In this document: one piece after another, positions 13,788 through 17,522 of the stretch
Layout: every line of letters begins with the position of its first letter
Position numbering within the stretch: position 1 is the stretch's first letter
DNA from: Candidatus Thermofontivivens primus
GTDB lineage: Bacteria; Sysuimicrobiota; Sysuimicrobiia; Sysuimicrobiales; Thermofontiviventaceae
Assembly (NCBI GenBank): GCA_031458695.1
Contig: JAVKJW010000041.1
Span: 1 to 17,522 of the forward strand
Length of the DNA stretch: 17,522 nucleotides
Reading direction: 5' to 3'
Made by a program: the position numbers and the translations under genes
The notes under the pieces: generated by a model
Seen by the model: the letters and a program-made list of their open reading frames with translations, nothing else
Database searches by the model: none
Told to the model about the DNA's origin: nothing

Positions 13788-16016
13788 TCACTTTGCTTCT
13801 CTCGTCAGTTCAAACCAGACCTTGTCTAGAGTGTTGATCGAGAAACTGCACCAAGTACCAGAACAGGTCACCGGCACCTCCGTGACCCGCTCTCCCCGGC
13901 CGTTGAGGGCGAAGACGCGGAGTCCTAGCGTCCCTTGTAGGGTAATCGTTGCTCTGACAGGCTGCAGGAGCACTGGGCCCGTGCCCCAGTCCGCAAGACC
14001 CCTTTCATCCTCTCGCCAACGCTGACCGGTGTTCATCTGGCGTGCCACGGCGGTAAGGAGCATCCTCTTGGACTGTGCGAGAGGCCTTCCGTCAAGAGAG
14101 GTAAGGACGATGGCAGCGTCGGTTGCCGACCGAATCTGTACATCGCCGAGGTGTATGGGAGTCCTTGAGAGAAACCCCACTGCACCTTGGGTCCGCGGGG
14201 TGTCGATCTTAACGATGCCAGCCTCCCCATCCCAGGTGAGTTGGCCAGTATCAGAGGAATACACGTTGGCGGGCGTCTGGATTAGCCCTCCCCATGGCTT
14301 TTCCCTATCGAAGGCCTGGCAGACGCGATGTTGGAAGGAGAGGGTCATGGGGAGCCCGGAGGCACCATATGTAGGGGCTCCCCCAAATTCCCTGATTCTT
14401 TCGAAGACCTCCTCGTCTGTGTGCACGATCCTGACGGTCTTTCGCGCAGAGGAGACATCGCCCCGGAGGAACAGGAGGGCGCCGACGGGCAAGAGAGCGA
14501 GCTTGATAGGATTCGCGTCGATGTCGAACCAACCTGTGATGCCCTGGCGGTCCCAGTTTTCCCTGTCGTGGCGGTAGGTGTATGCGAATAGACCATCCCA
14601 TCCCTGGAAGGCGCCGTATGCTGCCACAAGGAGAGGCATCTCGTACTCGTAGGCGTTGGGGAACGGCTGGTTCCACTCGCTCACTGTGAGAGGTTTCCCG
14701 CAGACCGATGAGAGGGTCCACCGGGGGATAGGGCTGGAGTTGAAAGCCGTCTGCCGCATCTGCGCAGGAGTGAGGATGAGGGAGCGGTTCGCGATTCGGA
14801 AATCCAGACGGTCCCATGGGCGGTTCGGGAAGATGGGGTGATCCCAGTATCCGTGCGTGTCCATATAATCGGCAGCGGATTGGCTGAGGATGCTTGGGAG
14901 CCCGTAATAATTGTTGGTCCCCGTTACAGGAACCTTCAGGCCAAGCTGTGTATGCAGGAAATCGACCATCTCCCGGAAGTAGCTCGTCTCCAGCTCTTCG
15001 TAGAACCGGGCCTGATCGGCGACCCTAGAAGAAGCATAGTGATTGCGTTCTGCCCACGGGACCCTGCGGACTGTACCTTGCTGTGGGTCCTCTGCGGGTT
15101 CCAGTCCGCGTTCCCCTACCCCCTTCGGTCTCCAGGCAGACTCAAGGGCCTGCCGGCTTCCATAGCGGCGGAGGAGCCAGCGGTTCCATAGGATATCGAG
15201 CTCCCTGCGATAGGACGGCGGGATGGGACTGCGCCAAGGGTCGTGGGGACGGGTAGCCGGTATCTCTTCCCGGTCTAGGGCGCCGTTGAACCATCCCGCG
15301 AACAAGGAGTTTTCGTTGGTCACCTCCACGAGGGCCACAGCAGGATCTTCGATGTACCGCATTCCGGTGTAGGGGTTGCGGTGGGTGAGGAGCTGCTGCG
15401 CATATTCCTTCTGTAAGTCAATGAGCCGGCGGTCGAACAGGGTCACAAACTTGCTCAGACGGGGGATGAGGCTGGCTTCTGCGACACCGTCTGCTTCGGT
15501 GAAAGAGCGGCCAACATGGAGGTTGATGTCCACGTAGATCCCGCTCGCTTTGAGCTGGGCGATGAGGTAATCGAGACGGTCGAGCTGGACCGGGCTCAGG
15601 TGCCGGGTATCCGTGAAGTTCCTGTCCCATATCCCGCGCGGCTCGTAGGCCGAATCCATGTGGTGGAGGCGAACCAGATTGAACCCGAGCTTCGCAAGCC
15701 TCGCGGCGAGCCGTTCGGCAATCTCGTGATCAGGGAAGTTTGCGCCCTGTGAGAGGTTTACGCCCCAAAACTTGGTTTGGGTCCCATCCTCAAACTGGAA
15801 GCGGTCTCCGTGGAGAGTCGGAAAGCCGTGTTTCCCTGCAGGCGGGTCCAGGAGGAGGTTCCCCATATGCGTGGCGGTGGGGCTACGATCATCCCAAAAA
15901 ACAGAGAAGGGGGCCCATCCCTCCTGGGGCCAGGCAGTGAGGGTGAAAAGAAGGAAGATAAGGGTGGCCGGGAAAAGCAGGCGCATCCCTTTCTTCAGAG
16001 AGTCCAGGTTCATCAT
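13788..16016 (-). CDS. secreted clan GH-A glycoside hydrolase (GH5/GH148-like)
   Basis: Signal-peptide-like N-terminus. KFWGVN, LGFNLVRLHHMD, LDRLDYLIAQLKASGIYVDINL and NPYTG...DPAVALVEVTNENS (putative acid/base Glu), DTHGYWDHP, KPLTVSEWN (putative nucleophile Glu) and QGWDG. Start could be ATG 15986. Confidence 0.8.
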   Translation of the reverse strand: MMNLDSLKKGMRLLFPATLIFLLFTLTAWPQEGWAPFSVFWDDRSPTATHMGNLLLDPPAGKHGFPTLHGDRFQFEDGTQTKFWGVNLSQGANFPDHEIAERLAARLAKLGFNLVRLHHMDSAYEPRGIWDRNFTDTRHLSPVQLDRLDYLIAQLKASGIYVDINLHVGRSFTEADGVAEASLIPRLSKFVTLFDRRLIDLQKEYAQQLLTHRNPYTGMRYIEDPAVALVEVTNENSLFAGWFNGALDREEIPATRPHDPWRSPIPPSYRRELDILWNRWLLRRYGSRQALESAWRPKGVGERGLEPAEDPQQGTVRRVPWAERNHYASSRVADQARFYEELETSYFREMVDFLHTQLGLKVPVTGTNNYYGLPSILSQSAADYMDTHGYWDHPIFPNRPWDRLDFRIANRSLILTPAQMRQTAFNSSPIPRWTLSSVCGKPLTVSEWNQPFPNAYEYEMPLLVAAYGAFQGWDGLFAYTYRHDRENWDRQGITGWFDIDANPIKLALLPVGALLFLRGDVSSARKTVRIVHTDEEVFERIREFGGAPTYGASGLPMTLSFQHRVCQAFDREKPWGGLIQTPANVYSSDTGQLTWDGEAGIVKIDTPRTQGAVGFLSRTPIHLGDVQIRSATDAAIVLTSLDGRPLAQSKRMLLTAVARQMNTGQRWREDERGLADWGTGPVLLQPVRATITLQGTLGLRVFALNGRGERVTEVPVTCSGTWCSFSINTLDKVWFELTREAK

Positions 16017-16031
16017 GACAAGGAAGCCCTC

Positions 16032-16964
16032 CTAACTGCCAAGGATGGCAGAGAGGAAGAGGGAGAGGAGATAGAGATTGGAGAGATGGAAGCTCATGAG
16101 AGCACGGCGGCGTGAGGGGTTTCGCACCAATTGCATGTTGGCAATGACAAGCCCCGCACCCCCGACCACAGCTGCCAGCAGGTAAGCTCGCCCCAGCGGT
16201 TCCCAAACGACGGGAACGAGCGCCGTGAGAAGCAGGAAGAGTGTACTCCACAGGATCGCCTTTGCCGTCCTCTCGCTTCCAGCAACCACAGGCAACATCG
16301 GTACTCCTGCGCGCCGGTAGTCCTCTTCATAGGCGATTGCCAGGCTCCAGAAGTGCGGAGGAGTCCACAGGAAGACGACGCCAGCCAGACCGAGAATGGC
16401 AGGTGTGAGTCCTCCGGGCACGACGGTCCCACCTGCAAGCACCGCTGTGCTCCCCGCCAACCCTCCGATCACAATATTCCAAGGCGTGCGCCGCTTGAGC
16501 CAGAGAGTATACACCCCCACGTAGATCACGGTCCCAACGAGACCATAGAGCGCGACAACCACGTTCAGGAAAAAGGTTGCGATGCCAAGCCCGACCAAAA
16601 CAAGGAGAATGCCGACCAGCGGGACGAGCCAAGGGTGTGAAATCATGCCTGCTGGCAAGGGACGCCGGCGTGTCCGCTCCATCAGGGCGTCGATATCCCT
16701 GTCAAAGTAGTGGTTGAGACTGCCACTCCCAGCGCAAGTGAGTCCAACAGAGAGGATCAACCAGAGCAATTGTACATGTGTGATCTGTCCCCTTCCCGCA
16801 ACCAGAGCTCCTCCTACAGCTGTACACGTAATCAACGCACCGACCTTGAGCTTGAAGAGCGTGGGGAGCATCGGCAGGAGAGGGCATCTCTCCTTCCATG
16901 CTCCAGCCATGGACTTCCCTGGCAAGGTCTCTGAGCGCTCCGTGATAGCAAGGGGCACATTCAC
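16032..16964 (-). CDS. ctaB: protoheme IX farnesyltransferase (heme o synthase)
   Basis: LNHYFDRDIDALMERTRRRPLPAG, YTLWLKRRTPWNIVIGGLAG, FLWTPPHFWSLA and DYRRAGVPMLPVV. Confidence 0.95.
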   Translation of the reverse strand: MNVPLAITERSETLPGKSMAGAWKERCPLLPMLPTLFKLKVGALITCTAVGGALVAGRGQITHVQLLWLILSVGLTCAGSGSLNHYFDRDIDALMERTRRRPLPAGMISHPWLVPLVGILLVLVGLGIATFFLNVVVALYGLVGTVIYVGVYTLWLKRRTPWNIVIGGLAGSTAVLAGGTVVPGGLTPAILGLAGVVFLWTPPHFWSLAIAYEEDYRRAGVPMLPVVAGSERTAKAILWSTLFLLLTALVPVVWEPLGRAYLLAAVVGGAGLVIANMQLVRNPSRRRALMSFHLSNLYLLSLFLSAILGS

Positions 16965-16976
16965 AGCTGCACCTTA

Positions 16977-17459
16977 TTAGGGCCTACCGGCCGTTTTCTG
17001 CGTTTTCCCCTCGACCCTTCCAGGAGTGGAGCTCAGAAGCTCTGAAAGATCGCTTACCTTCCCCTGCACGAGATCTTCCAAGGTGATGCGCTCCATCAGC
17101 GCAACCAGTTGAGGGCGGACATTCTTCCAGATCCCATGGAGGAGGCACGGTCGGTCATCCGAACACCGGTTGCTCCAGAAAACACAGCGTTGGAAGACGT
17201 CACTGCCTTCAATTGCCTCCACGATCTCCTTGACGCTGATCTCGGCCGGGGAACGGGCCAGGGTATATCCCCGCTCTTTCCCGCGGAACGACCGCAACAC
17301 CCCTCGCTTGGTCAGCTTGAGGAAGGTCTTCGCCAGGAAGTAGAGCGGGAGGTCCTGGGCCTTGGCCACCTCTTTCACTTGCAGAATGGTTCCTGGGCGC
17401 TGCCGGGCGAGGTAAACGAGACCGGTTAACCCATACTCGCTTTCTTTGCTCAGTTTCAT
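16977..17459 (-). CDS. Rrf2-family transcriptional regulator with a three-Cys putative Fe-S motif
   Basis: MKLSKESEYGLTGLVYLA, winged helix with RSFRGKERGYTLARSPAEISVKEIVEAIEG, and C-X6-C-X5-C-X2-H (CVFWSNRCSDDRPCLLH). Alternative GTG start at 17468. Confidence 0.92.
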   Translation of the reverse strand: MKLSKESEYGLTGLVYLARQRPGTILQVKEVAKAQDLPLYFLAKTFLKLTKRGVLRSFRGKERGYTLARSPAEISVKEIVEAIEGSDVFQRCVFWSNRCSDDRPCLLHGIWKNVRPQLVALMERITLEDLVQGKVSDLSELLSSTPGRVEGKTQKTAGRP

Positions 17460-17522
17460 TGGCCTCACAACCTTTATGTGACCCCAGCAAGATTCCGCCG
17501 TCTCTTCCCCACACCCTGAGTA

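Noticed and set aside
17511..17522. Possible IscR type-1 half-site (CCTGAGTA) upstream of the Rrf2 gene
   Set aside because: It is truncated by the window edge and only a partial match, so it cannot be evaluated.

Overview
GC-rich bacterial chromosomal window of mostly housekeeping genes, nearly all on the minus strand. From the left: 3' end of an unknown gene, tRNA-Lys(TTT), fabI, a metallophosphoesterase and citrate synthase. Next is a compact phage-like regulatory cassette (XRE repressor divergent from a Ner/Cro-like HTH gene, then a small Zn-ribbon gene) with no integrase or structural genes in the window. It is followed by a secreted GHL10/DUF187 glycoside hydrolase, the conserved rpsF-ssb-rpsR-DUF2232-rplI-lonC-dnaB cluster, proC under a proline T-box, a secreted clan GH-A glycoside hydrolase, heme o synthase and an Rrf2 regulator. 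The Gram-positive-style regulation (T-box, GAAC-N4-GTTC-type SOS box, consensus sigma70 promoters) suggests a Terrabacteria lineage, but the taxon cannot be fixed from this window. Most notable: (1) an orphan cI/cro/cII-like genetic switch with overlapping promoters; (2) a dnaB promoter with a LexA box in its spacer, next to an 11-bp-phased array of degenerate DnaA-box-like repeats; (3) a tRNA gene whose promoter geometry predicts an essentially leaderless transcript. All calls come from reading the sequence by eye; no searches were run.
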